64,000 bases of DNA from a virus: IMG/VR virus record IMGVR_UViG_3300031885_000006, positions 12,890 to 76,889 of that record. One strand, given 5' to 3'. The position numbers were made by a program, and so were the translations under genes. The notes under the pieces are model-generated. The model ran no database searches, was not told where the DNA came from, and saw only the letters and a list, made by a program, of their open reading frames with translations. Shown piece by piece: positions 39,575-49,178 of the stretch. How positions within the stretch are numbered: the stretch's first letter is position 1; each line of letters starts with the position of its first letter.

Positions 39575-40027
39575 TCATTCTTTTCTCCCAGAAAACGCAT
39601 TATGGCTGTAAAATCGAGTTGTGCTACCAATTTCGGCTCGACCCGAAACTGCGCCATGTTTGTCATAAATAGAAGCAATGCTTCCAGAAGTAGCAGTGCG
39701 GCCCACAAGAGCCCCTGCTTTGTAGATTTGATAATTACCACCGCTTCCGTAAGCCCAACCAGTAACGGAACCGCTGCGGTCATAAAAGGTCGTTTTGTTG
39801 CCAGCTACTTCATACCGTCCAGCAAAGGAATTAGATTCAAATATCTCAATTTTGTTGCCGCTTCTTTTGCTGCGACCTTCAAGACGACCATTCGCATTGT
39901 AATAATTGGCTGTTGATGAACCAAGTAAAATTCTTGCAGGCTCAATGGCAAAACAATTTGCCACCAATACCGCCATCGCAATTACAATGGTGACATAAAT
40001 GAACACCTTCAAAAGAAACTTCAACAT
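39575..40027 (-). CDS. Secreted protein with short YD..G beta repeats
   Basis: Signal peptide; YYNANG, FYDRSG and IYDKHG repeats. Confidence 0.6.
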   Translation of the reverse strand: MLKFLLKVFIYVTIVIAMAVLVANCFAIEPARILLGSSTANYYNANGRLEGRSKRSGNKIEIFESNSFAGRYEVAGNKTTFYDRSGSVTGWAYGSGGNYQIYKAGALVGRTATSGSIASIYDKHGAVSGRAEIGSTTRFYSHNAFSGRKE

Positions 40028-40034
40028 AATGACC

Positions 40035-41159
40035 CTATTTCATTAAAATACGATTGATTCTTTTAGTTTCTTTTTCGTTATACAGATCCCAAATTTTGAT
40101 TTTGGTCTCATCATCATCTTCTTCTTCGATACTACCACCAGCTAAAGGATACTTATACGCTCCTTTACCTAGTTTACCACCACCGCAGCCAAATTTACCA
40201 GCAAATTCTTTGCAAAGATCTGGCACCATGATACTGGCATTGCGACTTCGCACGCTGCCCTCTAGCCGGTCGCCTTCCACCATCGCAAAAGCCACGGCTG
40301 TATTGACATCTTCCCAAGCCAACATGGAGTCGGCCATATCGGCAATCATATCCCGATGTTTAGCCGGAATGATACCCAAACCAACAATTCCCAAACCATC
40401 ATTTACTAAAGCATTTTTAACCGCTTCGGCCTCATGATCTATCCAGAACTTTGGTTTCTCCCAATGAATAATTTTTTTGATGACATTCAAACTTCGAAAC
40501 TCAAACAACTCTGACCATGCGTCAAACTCATATTGAGTAGCATCATCGGACATGAGTGATTCGGTGTCGGTAGAAATGCCCACCATCATACCAGTGGCTA
40601 TTTTACTATCGTTATCATTATCGTCTTCAAAGTGAAAGCTTTCTGGTGGTCTGGCAGCATCTTTGACCGCACGCATATTCTGCATGCTTTTTATTAGATG
40701 ATAGATTGTGCCACAACAACTGCCAGCTTTAATGTTGATAAACAAACCATTAAATCCACCATTAGGGATTTCTCGATGGTGATCAACAACCAAATCAAAT
40801 TTGATCAGATGTGTGCCAACCCCTGCATTCGCAGGAACTGTGTCCACCAAAATGTGAAAGCCATATTCCTCTGGCTTGTATAAATCTATCGTTTTGAGAT
40901 TGGGATCTAGCAAATTCACCATTGCTCTATTTTGAGGATGGGAAATTGTGCCGTCGTAGAAAGATTCTGACTCTATACCATATTTCTGCAAGAGCCATTG
41001 AATCCCCATAATACTACCGATGGCATCGGGATCTGGGGTGGCATGCGTGAACAAAGCTGCTTTGGTATCTTTTTTGGCCTCAAGCAACTTCAAAAAGTTC
41101 TTGAAATAGGCTGCATTCCCAGTATTACGAGGTTCTGAAACCTCTTTTTCGTCTTCCAT
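40035..41159 (-). CDS. DHH/DHHA1 phosphoesterase (NrnA-like)
   Basis: H..PDPDAIGS, LVD, VDHH, GISTDT, SVRS and GGG; SD GAGG before ATG 41159. Confidence 0.88.
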   Translation of the reverse strand: MEDEKEVSEPRNTGNAAYFKNFLKLLEAKKDTKAALFTHATPDPDAIGSIMGIQWLLQKYGIESESFYDGTISHPQNRAMVNLLDPNLKTIDLYKPEEYGFHILVDTVPANAGVGTHLIKFDLVVDHHREIPNGGFNGLFINIKAGSCCGTIYHLIKSMQNMRAVKDAARPPESFHFEDDNDNDSKIATGMMVGISTDTESLMSDDATQYEFDAWSELFEFRSLNVIKKIIHWEKPKFWIDHEAEAVKNALVNDGLGIVGLGIIPAKHRDMIADMADSMLAWEDVNTAVAFAMVEGDRLEGSVRSRNASIMVPDLCKEFAGKFGCGGGKLGKGAYKYPLAGGSIEEEDDDETKIKIWDLYNEKETKRINRILMK

Positions 41160-41198
41160 TTTTTCCTCTATGAACAAAATCGTTTCCGTCCACAAAGC

Positions 41199-41226
41199 AT
41201 TATACTACGGAAAACGACTTTGTAAA
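41199..41226 (-). promoter_or_regulatory. Promoter TTTACA-N16-TATAAT
   Basis: Hexamers visible upstream of the DHH gene. Confidence 0.7.
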
Positions 41227-41233
41227 TCTGTTG

Positions 41234-41668
41234 TTAATCGTAGATCAAATGTTTTTCTCTTAGCCATTTAGCCAAGCTGATTTCTACTTTTTCTCCGTCT
41301 GCGTTATCTGTCGTCAAATACATAGAAACCACCCAAACATTATTCTTGTGCTGCTGAAGAATAATTCTGGGGCTTGTACACTGATTTATGAAAGCCAACA
41401 CCTTAGCTTTAGCGTCTGGGGTGGATCTCACATCTAAAATTGCGTGAATCCTTTTATCATCCGCTAAAATTAAATCAAATTCATCTCCCCCAATTACATT
41501 GATCTTTTTCACGGTAATTGGGTTTTGTGCTTGAATATATGAATTTGCAACGGGATCTGTTGGATGGTGAATTTCGATTTTATGTCTAACAACGGCTACG
41601 CCTACGACAATCAAGGCGACCAATGTTAGAATCAATAGAATCGAATTTTTATATTTCATTTTTTTCAC
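41234..41668 (-). CDS. Membrane-anchored hypothetical protein
   Basis: N-terminal TM helix. Confidence 0.6.
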   Translation of the reverse strand: MKKMKYKNSILLILTLVALIVVGVAVVRHKIEIHHPTDPVANSYIQAQNPITVKKINVIGGDEFDLILADDKRIHAILDVRSTPDAKAKVLAFINQCTSPRIILQQHKNNVWVVSMYLTTDNADGEKVEISLAKWLREKHLIYD

Positions 41669-42233
41669 CAGCGGCTTCGGCCATTACAGATTGCAAGTCA
41701 TGCAACTCAGGACACCACAAGCCATACCTACTGACATTTTTACTGAAAACGCTTAAATCCAAAGGAGCAACCCGCCACTTTGGATTCCCATCGTCATCTA
41801 ATTTAAACTCACTAGTATATTTAATCCGACCCCACTCATCTTTAACAACTATTTTCTTTTTTCCTTCAACTATTGTCTCGGGAACATAATCCGGCTCACA
41901 ACGAGTTAAATGCAGGTCGATAAGAGCTTCCTGTTGATGACTATTTAACACCGAATGCCAAACATCCGAACAGATGGTGATGCAAAAATCCTGTTTTTGC
42001 GGCTCTTGAAAGAGTTTATTAAAAACCGAAAACTTGCTAATTGAGCCCCAATTAAAACGATCTTTAATAAAAGGCTTAGATTCATTGAAAACTACAGCAA
42101 AGTGTGCAGTTTGAAGACGAGGCTCATGATACTTAACTTTGACACTATTAAGTAGATCTACAACATTAGAGGGAGCTTTCCAAGCTAAAGACATAACATA
42201 TCTCCAAATTGGAATTTTACAAATTAAAACCAA
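41649..42233 (-). CDS. Phage putative metallopeptidase-like protein
   Basis: DF.I.I..D.W...L...Q..ALID..L and D...F...V.RYGLW pattern; HExxH not intact. Confidence 0.5.
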   Translation of the reverse strand: MVLICKIPIWRYVMSLAWKAPSNVVDLLNSVKVKYHEPRLQTAHFAVVFNESKPFIKDRFNWGSISKFSVFNKLFQEPQKQDFCITICSDVWHSVLNSHQQEALIDLHLTRCEPDYVPETIVEGKKKIVVKDEWGRIKYTSEFKLDDDGNPKWRVAPLDLSVFSKNVSRYGLWCPELHDLQSVMAEAAGEKNEI

Positions 42234-42253
42234 TTAATGCAAGCCCACAAATG

Positions 42254-42276
42254 AAAAAAGCCGCATTTAGCGGCTT
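42254..42276. terminator. Intrinsic terminator
   Basis: aaaaaagccgc-attta-gcggctt. Confidence 0.7.
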
Positions 42277-42282
42277 AATTTT

Positions 42283-42882
42283 TTAGTCACCTTGGTGACT
42301 TGGTATTCCTTGGGATAACCCATCACTAATTTCATCAATTTGCTTTTGCAAAGATACAATTTGAGATTCTAGTTTAGCACTTGTATCCGCCAAACCCTCT
42401 AAGCCATTAAGTTTATCCAATAATCCGTGCAATTTAACCTTAAGACTCTCAAGATTTTGCAAATCAGAAATATCGTAAGTTGAGCCTAAAGACACAGGAT
42501 TTTTAACATCTTGGTCGATTCCAATAGAACTAGGCTTGATTGGATTAGCAGAACTTGCCATTGCCCGAGCCATTGTTTTTGGGTCAACCTTGACATCCTC
42601 CTGCATCAAATCACCTTCTAGATGATCATCGTCATACTGATTCCCCAAATCATTTTCATCTGGGGCGTATTCTTTAGATAAACCGTAAAGATTGTTCCAG
42701 TACTCGGTATCCGAAACATTTGCTTTGTCAGAGGATTTATCAGAAGACATGCCAAAGAAATCCGTAAAGCCAGTAGCTGCTGAAGGAGCCGCTGGTTTTT
42801 GATCCTTAAAGGCATCGGTTTTCAAAGCAGCATCCCACTGATCCTGCCATTTTTCAAAGTCATTGTAATCTTGATCATTCAT
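42283..42882 (-). CDS. Acidic hypothetical protein with C-terminal coiled coil
   Basis: 199-aa ORF; CTATATA upstream. Confidence 0.65.
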   Translation of the reverse strand: MNDQDYNDFEKWQDQWDAALKTDAFKDQKPAAPSAATGFTDFFGMSSDKSSDKANVSDTEYWNNLYGLSKEYAPDENDLGNQYDDDHLEGDLMQEDVKVDPKTMARAMASSANPIKPSSIGIDQDVKNPVSLGSTYDISDLQNLESLKVKLHGLLDKLNGLEGLADTSAKLESQIVSLQKQIDEISDGLSQGIPSHQGD

Positions 42883-42904
42883 AATAAAATATATAGTTTC
42901 TTTT

Positions 42905-43510
42905 TTATGGTTTTACCAACAATTCTTCGACTTTCTTAATATCTGGCTGTTCATGCTTTAAACCATTATAATAGAATTGGTTATACCAACCCGTAATGTT
43001 TCCTGTATATCGGGTATATCCATCTAGAAACCGATAAAAAGCATAAGACGTATCTGTCAAATATGTCCCCTGCTCCACAACATCTGCCAAGTTGTTTTTA
43101 TTCCTCTTAAAGTATTTGCCCGCTCTAATCAAAATAGTAAACAAAGATCTTTTCATGGCTCGTTCCATCCACCATTTAGAGGGCCGAACGCAAATCACAT
43201 CCTCAAATTGTGTCGGCTCAAATAAGGTTAGGGCTTTTAATTCCAACTTCCTTTCGATAAATTGGATGAAAGCCGCAATATTTTTCTCTTTATTGATTTC
43301 ATGACAGAACAAAAATCTATCTTTTTTCTTCGACTTTGAAAGAGTTGAATGAACAGCATCACGACATCGCAACCAACTGTCGATTGTCAGCCGCTGTTTA
43401 TCATCTTTTGCTATGGCAAAATAATCAGCTTGTCTTTTGTTGTAATAATATATTTCTTCTTCCACAAACTTAATCTTTTTGTCGCTGTAATTTTTTAAAA
43501 TAGCGCCCAT
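42905..43510 (-). CDS. Hypothetical protein, paralog of 9327-9947
   Basis: Shares the motifs listed for 9327-9947. Confidence 0.7.
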   Translation of the reverse strand: MGAILKNYSDKKIKFVEEEIYYYNKRQADYFAIAKDDKQRLTIDSWLRCRDAVHSTLSKSKKKDRFLFCHEINKEKNIAAFIQFIERKLELKALTLFEPTQFEDVICVRPSKWWMERAMKRSLFTILIRAGKYFKRNKNNLADVVEQGTYLTDTSYAFYRFLDGYTRYTGNITGWYNQFYYNGLKHEQPDIKKVEELLVKP

Positions 43511-43517
43511 CTTAACC

Positions 43518-43907
43518 TCAAAGATTTAAAAGAGAAATACTTGTCCAGTGCGGATCAGCAGGAATGTTCTGAGGGTCTGTGTAGTAAAACAGTTCGATCT
43601 TATATTTGTAAGGCTTCTCCAAAACTTGCTCTTTTGTCATGCCCCCAACTAAATCTTCTGCTATTTGCTTGGGAACCAAAACGGAATCTATTTCAGAAGC
43701 ATGCAATAAATTTTTCATGATCTGTGATGCAGCCACGCCTTTATTGGGCATATACAACAGATCAATCATTTGCTTCTTTTCATTACTTGCTACAAAATCA
43801 GCCATCGCCGAATAACACACCATCACCTGCCCTTTTTTTGGCGTATGCAGACGAACATCAAAAAAATGCTGGTCGAAGTTGTCTTTATCTATAACTAATT
43901 CTTCCAT
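43518..43907 (-). CDS. Hypothetical protein
   Basis: TAATG-coupled to the dnaE C-terminal piece. Confidence 0.65.
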   Translation of the reverse strand: MEELVIDKDNFDQHFFDVRLHTPKKGQVMVCYSAMADFVASNEKKQMIDLLYMPNKGVAASQIMKNLLHASEIDSVLVPKQIAEDLVGGMTKEQVLEKPYKYKIELFYYTDPQNIPADPHWTSISLLNL

Positions 43908-46276
43908 TACACCACCAAAACGTTCTTTAAATTGATAAGATTTTTAGGAGAAACCAAAGATTCCACTTTGTCTACTTCGTCTAACTGAGATGGCCTAGCC
44001 AAAACAACAATTCTATAATCTTTGTTCTTGTCTTTTGGAATTTCTTTCCACCTATTTTGTTTTGCCGGGGCATCAAATGTATAACTCTGCCAACCTTGCT
44101 CAGGTTTTTTCAAACGAATGCTTAAAAAATTACCTTTTCTAACATCGCTTTCCCAATATTCCAATTCCTCTTTAAATCTATCATAATCATCAGACCAAAA
44201 AGTAATCATTTGAGATTTAGAGTTGGCATCTTCTACTAAAACCGTGTAATACACAGTTTTATTTTTAGACTTAGATTCTTTTCTTCTGGGTCTTTCAATC
44301 ACATGGACTTCACATGCTTTTGTTGTAATCGTCTCGTCTTCATCAAAGTCAAAAAACGTCCTGTCGCCTTGGAAATCAGGACTGCTTTCTAACAAATGTC
44401 GCCAACTAAATCCATAGAATTTACTCTCGGCGATCTGAGGAACTTCGCACAAAAGCTCTTTCATTTCCACAGTCAATTCCGTTGCCGACTCAAAATCTTC
44501 CAAAGAAGCAATGCCATCCAACTCCAATTCTGCATTTGATTTTGTTTTTTTGTACTTTTTAACCACTTTCCAAAGCGTTCTGATTTCTGATTCTTCTAAC
44601 AACTTCCAAGGGCAATCAGCACCCTGCATGTACTCAATGAACGCTCTTTCTGTATCAAACTCTGCTGCATCTTTTAGAAAACTCATATATTTTTCGTCTA
44701 CCGTGAACTCTTTAAGCTGCTTAACAGACATCTTTGCTTTAAGTGCCGAAAACATTAAAAGTAGTTTGTCTCTTGAAGATATATCTGGTCCTTCTGGACC
44801 TTCGATTTCTTTTACATCTGATAAAATCAACTCGACCTCTAATGCGTATTTCTTATAGCTTTCCTCAGTCCGCTTCACGCTATCAGTTAGTTTTTTAACT
44901 TCCGCTTTGTAATATTCATAATACAAATACAGCTTGACCGGATCGCCTTCAAACACTCGCAAAGCAATTAACGCCTTAACAACATTTGCTTCTGTGCCAA
45001 ATCTCTTTAGAAAATCTTCAAAGTCTCTATATGGCTGCCCCGCCACTATCCTCGCCGCTATTTCCTCCCCCACACCCTTGATATTGGAAAACCCCATGTA
45101 AATGGCATCATCAACAATATCAAACTTTACTTTAGACTTATTTAATGTGACACGACCAATGCTGATTCCCATGCTTTCAGCTTCTTGCCGATAGCCTTTT
45201 AGCTTCGCCGTATCATCGCAACAACTTAAAATAGCTGTAAAAAACTCCAAAGGATAATGTGCCTTCAACCACAACAATCGACTAGAAACATAAGTATAAG
45301 CAATGGTGTGCGACTTATTAAAACCATATTCGGCGAAAGCCTCAATTTGATCCCACAATTCGGATACCCGAGCCTCATCCCAGCCTAAAATCTCTTGGCC
45401 ATTCTTTAAAAACATTTCTTTGTAACGACCAAATATTTCTATCTTTTTCTTAGAAATAGCCTTTCTTACAATTTCACAGTGCATATCTGGCACATTGCCA
45501 ACCGCACGTAAAATCTTCATAACCTGCTCTTGATAAACCATCACGCCATATGTCATTCCCAAAATTGGCTGCAACACTGGGTGCAAAGTGTATTTTTCGT
45601 GACCACGTTTTCTTGCCACAAAAACATCATGCATTCCCAAACCCATCGGTCCTGGTCTATACAAAGCAGAATAAGCTGCAAGATCTTCGAAATTATCAAC
45701 GCCACCTCGACGCACCAACTCTCGAATACCATCTGAATCAAATTGAAATATACATTTTAATTTAGCTTCAGATGCCAAGGCAATCGCAGCGGGATCATCT
45801 AAGTATGCTGTGTCGCTCCAGTCGGATTGACCGGGCAAGGCACATATAGAAGTCACACCATGTCGTTCTTTAATAATACGACATGCAATTGCAATCTGCA
45901 TTAAATTGGTAATTACCAATAAATCGAATTTAATTAGCCCAAGTGGGCCTAAATCCGTACCATGCAAACCTTCTACAAAGGCAGAAGTTGGCAAACCATC
46001 CTTGCCACGTACCAATGGCACCAAAGCATTAATTGGACGATCAGCTATAATTAATCCAGCAGCATGCGTTCCTGCACCACGATTACGATGCAATAATCTG
46101 TGAGCGGCATCCGCAACATCTGGGTTTTCATCACAATAAGTCTTGAGATCAGGATATTGCTCCATCGCTTTATCCCAAGTCAAATTGTTGCCATCGTCAT
46201 CCTTCAGTCCTATTTTTGTAGTGATCTTTAAGATATCACTACGATCTTTGCCATGTACACGAACCATATCGATCAA
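43907..46276 (-). CDS. dnaE: DNA polymerase III alpha, C-terminal piece (thumb, fingers, HhH, OB)
   Basis: HAAGLII, LIKFDLL, FQFDS, ALYRPGPM, YQEQVM, FAEYGFNKSH, LKAHYPLEF and IKGVG. Confidence 0.93.
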   Translation of the reverse strand: MIDMVRVHGKDRSDILKITTKIGLKDDDGNNLTWDKAMEQYPDLKTYCDENPDVADAAHRLLHRNRGAGTHAAGLIIADRPINALVPLVRGKDGLPTSAFVEGLHGTDLGPLGLIKFDLLVITNLMQIAIACRIIKERHGVTSICALPGQSDWSDTAYLDDPAAIALASEAKLKCIFQFDSDGIRELVRRGGVDNFEDLAAYSALYRPGPMGLGMHDVFVARKRGHEKYTLHPVLQPILGMTYGVMVYQEQVMKILRAVGNVPDMHCEIVRKAISKKKIEIFGRYKEMFLKNGQEILGWDEARVSELWDQIEAFAEYGFNKSHTIAYTYVSSRLLWLKAHYPLEFFTAILSCCDDTAKLKGYRQEAESMGISIGRVTLNKSKVKFDIVDDAIYMGFSNIKGVGEEIAARIVAGQPYRDFEDFLKRFGTEANVVKALIALRVFEGDPVKLYLYYEYYKAEVKKLTDSVKRTEESYKKYALEVELILSDVKEIEGPEGPDISSRDKLLLMFSALKAKMSVKQLKEFTVDEKYMSFLKDAAEFDTERAFIEYMQGADCPWKLLEESEIRTLWKVVKKYKKTKSNAELELDGIASLEDFESATELTVEMKELLCEVPQIAESKFYGFSWRHLLESSPDFQGDRTFFDFDEDETITTKACEVHVIERPRRKESKSKNKTVYYTVLVEDANSKSQMITFWSDDYDRFKEELEYWESDVRKGNFLSIRLKKPEQGWQSYTFDAPAKQNRWKEIPKDKNKDYRIVVLARPSQLDEVDKVESLVSPKNLINLKNVLVV

Positions 46277-46294
46277 GGAAGACTTGATCTTAAA

Positions 46295-46663
46295 TTAAGT
46301 GTAATTTCCGATAGCACAGACATTATCTTTACCAAATTCCTCAATTGCCCATTCGTTCTTTAGATAATCACGAACTATTTGAAGATAATCCGTATCCACG
46401 TCAGGAAATTCACCCAAAGTATATTGTGGCTCTAATTCAATATCAAAATCATCCACCAGCCTTAACAGCTTGGCCACAAACAAATTATTTTCATTCTTAG
46501 CAAATTTAGCTTTTCTATCAAACAAATCCAAAAAATAATCTTGCGCCATTAATATGTCAATTTCTTTCACCTCCATTTCCAACCTAGCTTTATACCTAGC
46601 ATCGTATCCATCATGATCAAAAATAGCCCAAATAATTTTCAAAAACTTTTCTTGAGAATCCAT
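46295..46663 (-). CDS. dnaE: DNA polymerase III alpha, middle piece with catalytic DxD; in frame with 43907-46276 across one TAA
   Basis: YKARLEME..DYFL, FPDVDTDY and FGKDNVCAIGNYT*FKIKSSLIDMVR. Confidence 0.85.
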   Translation of the reverse strand: MDSQEKFLKIIWAIFDHDGYDARYKARLEMEVKEIDILMAQDYFLDLFDRKAKFAKNENNLFVAKLLRLVDDFDIELEPQYTLGEFPDVDTDYLQIVRDYLKNEWAIEEFGKDNVCAIGNYT

Positions 46664-46711
46664 AATTTTATACTCCTACGTATATATAGATTATATGTAA
46701 AATAAAAGGAA

Positions 46712-47512
46712 TTGTCAATGAAATACACAGATAAATTAGAAAATGCAATCAAACTCTATCTACATGGACTATCTTTGCAAGCAGCCGCTAAAACAGCAAA
46801 TGTATCCTATAGCAGCCTTCAATTAAGAATTAAAAATCTTAACCTTACTAGAAGCAACAAAACAAATTCTAGAAAATATTTTGTAGATCATAATTTTTTC
46901 GAAAATATCAATTCAGAAATTAAAGCTTATTGGTTAGGATTTATGTATGCTGATGGGTATATCTCTAATCGTGGTTCACAAAAATTAATAGGGGTTGCCA
47001 TTGGCACAAAGGACAAAAATCATTTAACAAAATTCGTCAAACATTTAAAATCTAATTATCAAATTAAAGAATACACGGCTAATAGCGGTTATAGCAAAAA
47101 TATTATTTACAATAGACTTTTAATGACTTCAGAAACAATGTTCAATGATTTACTTAAACAAGGACTTACCGAACACAAAAGCTTAACACTCAAATTTCCA
47201 AGCATCACCAAAAAACTCGAAAGACATTTTATAAGGGGCTATTTTGATGGCGATGGTTCGTTTGCAAAAGCCGTTAATGGCTACAACATTAAAATATGCG
47301 GAACAAAAGAGTTTTTAACAGCCATTTTGAATATATTTCAAAAAAACAAACTTAAATTACACCAAAGAAATCCCGATAAAGATAAAAATAATTACTACTT
47401 AACTATAGGTGGAATGCAACAAGTTAAACATATAGCTGATTATCTATATAAAGAATCCACTGTTTACTTAGACAGAAAACATACGCTTTATGAAATAATT
47501 AAAAGCTATTAA
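46712..47512 (+). CDS. Free-standing LAGLIDADG homing endonuclease
   Basis: YWLGFMYADG and FIRGYFDGDG; N-terminal HTH. Confidence 0.88.
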   Translation: MSMKYTDKLENAIKLYLHGLSLQAAAKTANVSYSSLQLRIKNLNLTRSNKTNSRKYFVDHNFFENINSEIKAYWLGFMYADGYISNRGSQKLIGVAIGTKDKNHLTKFVKHLKSNYQIKEYTANSGYSKNIIYNRLLMTSETMFNDLLKQGLTEHKSLTLKFPSITKKLERHFIRGYFDGDGSFAKAVNGYNIKICGTKEFLTAILNIFQKNKLKLHQRNPDKDKNNYYLTIGGMQQVKHIADYLYKESTVYLDRKHTLYEIIKSY

Positions 47513-47978
47513 ATCCCAACAGCTTAAAAACTTCAGTTAAATATTCTGCGGTAGCTATATTTGTGCCACCATAAGTCGTCTCTGCATTGCCAGCTACATT
47601 AAGCACTTCTATATTATTATTCAATATCCAATCCACCACATCTTGATGAGGAATTGGATTGTTTAAATCAACATCAATATACGGTTTATTATATTGCTTA
47701 ATTGCATTTAAAGTGCAAATTTCACCTCTAGATTGAAAATTAAACGCCAATCTAATTGTGCCATCTGCATCTTTGGCATTTTGATAAGTCCTTGGAACAT
47801 AACTAGCCGAGACATGTTCTTTTATATTGTATAAATTTGCATATTCAGGACGAGACCCGGCTGTAGTTTTGTATCCTTTGGGCATAATGCCATCTGTTGG
47901 AATACCAAACTTTTTAGCAGTGACCAATCCCGCAATATCAGCCCCATTTTGAGCGCCTGAAATACATTTTTTCAACAT
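47499..47978 (-). CDS. SLOG-superfamily (putative molybdenum carrier/YpsA-like) protein
   Basis: ISGAQNGAD.AGL, G.MPKG, RT..N..DADGT and LNVAGN. Confidence 0.8.
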   Translation of the reverse strand: MLKKCISGAQNGADIAGLVTAKKFGIPTDGIMPKGYKTTAGSRPEYANLYNIKEHVSASYVPRTYQNAKDADGTIRLAFNFQSRGEICTLNAIKQYNKPYIDVDLNNPIPHQDVVDWILNNNIEVLNVAGNAETTYGGTNIATAEYLTEVFKLLGFNSF

Positions 47979-48151
47979 TTCGTACCATTCGTTCCAACAG
48001 AAATAATATACGTTTTTACCAACTCCATAGCCTCAATAGTGGTAAATTTTTCGGCAAGGCAATTATCGTAAAGCCTTCGCCAATGAGGCGGGTAAATCTC
48101 CGATACCAATGCCATGCTTTGATCCAACTTCGACAAATCATTATTTTCCAT
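47972..48151 (-). CDS. Small hypothetical protein (59 aa)
   Basis: Hand-translated MENNDLSKLDQSMALVSEIYPPHWRRLYD...; overlaps both neighbours. Confidence 0.6.
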   Translation of the reverse strand: MENNDLSKLDQSMALVSEIYPPHWRRLYDNCLAEKFTTIEAMELVKTYIISVGTNGTKC

Positions 48152-49176
48152 TACTTGTCTTCCTTTTCAAATTTGGTGAAACCCAAAGTATTTTTATCTT
48201 CATCTGAAGACAAACGATTTTCTACCATGCTTTGCAAGCTATCAATGACTGTTTTATAGGGATCGCCCAAAATACAAACAGCAGTATAAAGCTCTTTAAG
48301 ATGAGCAACTGACATGCCCACTGTATCTTTAACCCATTTATCCAAATCGACCTCAACATCACCAGGAGCTTGATTTTTCAACAAATGCTCAAGATACAAT
48401 CTGCGAGATGCCTTGCTGGGGTGTGGCATTTTATACCGACGATCAAATCTACTTGGACGATTGATAATTCGTTCGCCTAATTTCTCAGGGTAGTTAGTAG
48501 TAGCCAAATAAACCACTTTATCAGTGGTTTCAACACCATCCAAAATATTCAACACCTCCGTCTCACCCCACTCTTCAATAATAGCATCAATATCTTCTAA
48601 CAAAACTACTATTGGTGTTAATTTTTGAATAGTGCGAATAATTCTCATGCATTCAATAAACACGCTTGGATTGCCAAACTTTATAGCCACACCATCTCGC
48701 TCAAACACATCTTTCAAAATAAGCTTGATAGTGCTGCTCTTGCCAGATCCTGGTGGACCCCAGAAAAGCAAACCACGCTTATATGCCAATTTGTTTTGAC
48801 GATATTTATCTTCTAGTCCCCAAAAATTCTTGATCTCTTCTACAATTAGTTTGGAGTTGGTTTCTGGAAATTCCAATAAACCATTTGTGTTACATTCTAC
48901 TTTTTCAAAAAAGTAACCACGATTAGGACAATATTTTGGCTCCCAAAGTGCTGGTCCTAACTCTGAATAAGTACGACCAGCAGGAAAAAACTTAGTGTTA
49001 TCTGTTGATGTCCATTGGCAATATGCCCCAGAACTAGCCTCTTCATCTGTTTCTGGAGACCGATATCCATTGCTATAATAAATAGTTCCAGGCTTATTGA
49101 TATTGTTAGTTGTAGTCTTGGCTACATCAGACGCCTTCAATATTTTATTTAATTCTTGATTTTCTTCAATCGTCAT
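48151..49176 (-). CDS. AAA+ ATPase
   Basis: RGLLFWGPPGSGKS, LLEDID, ATTNYPE and RPSRFD. Confidence 0.9.
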   Translation of the reverse strand: MTIEENQELNKILKASDVAKTTTNNINKPGTIYYSNGYRSPETDEEASSGAYCQWTSTDNTKFFPAGRTYSELGPALWEPKYCPNRGYFFEKVECNTNGLLEFPETNSKLIVEEIKNFWGLEDKYRQNKLAYKRGLLFWGPPGSGKSSTIKLILKDVFERDGVAIKFGNPSVFIECMRIIRTIQKLTPIVVLLEDIDAIIEEWGETEVLNILDGVETTDKVVYLATTNYPEKLGERIINRPSRFDRRYKMPHPSKASRRLYLEHLLKNQAPGDVEVDLDKWVKDTVGMSVAHLKELYTAVCILGDPYKTVIDSLQSMVENRLSSDEDKNTLGFTKFEKEDK

Positions 49177-49178
49177 AT

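Noticed and set aside
46295-46297. Genome-wide stop-codon reassignment
   Set aside because: TAA terminates most genes here, and conserved genes are otherwise intact in the standard code.
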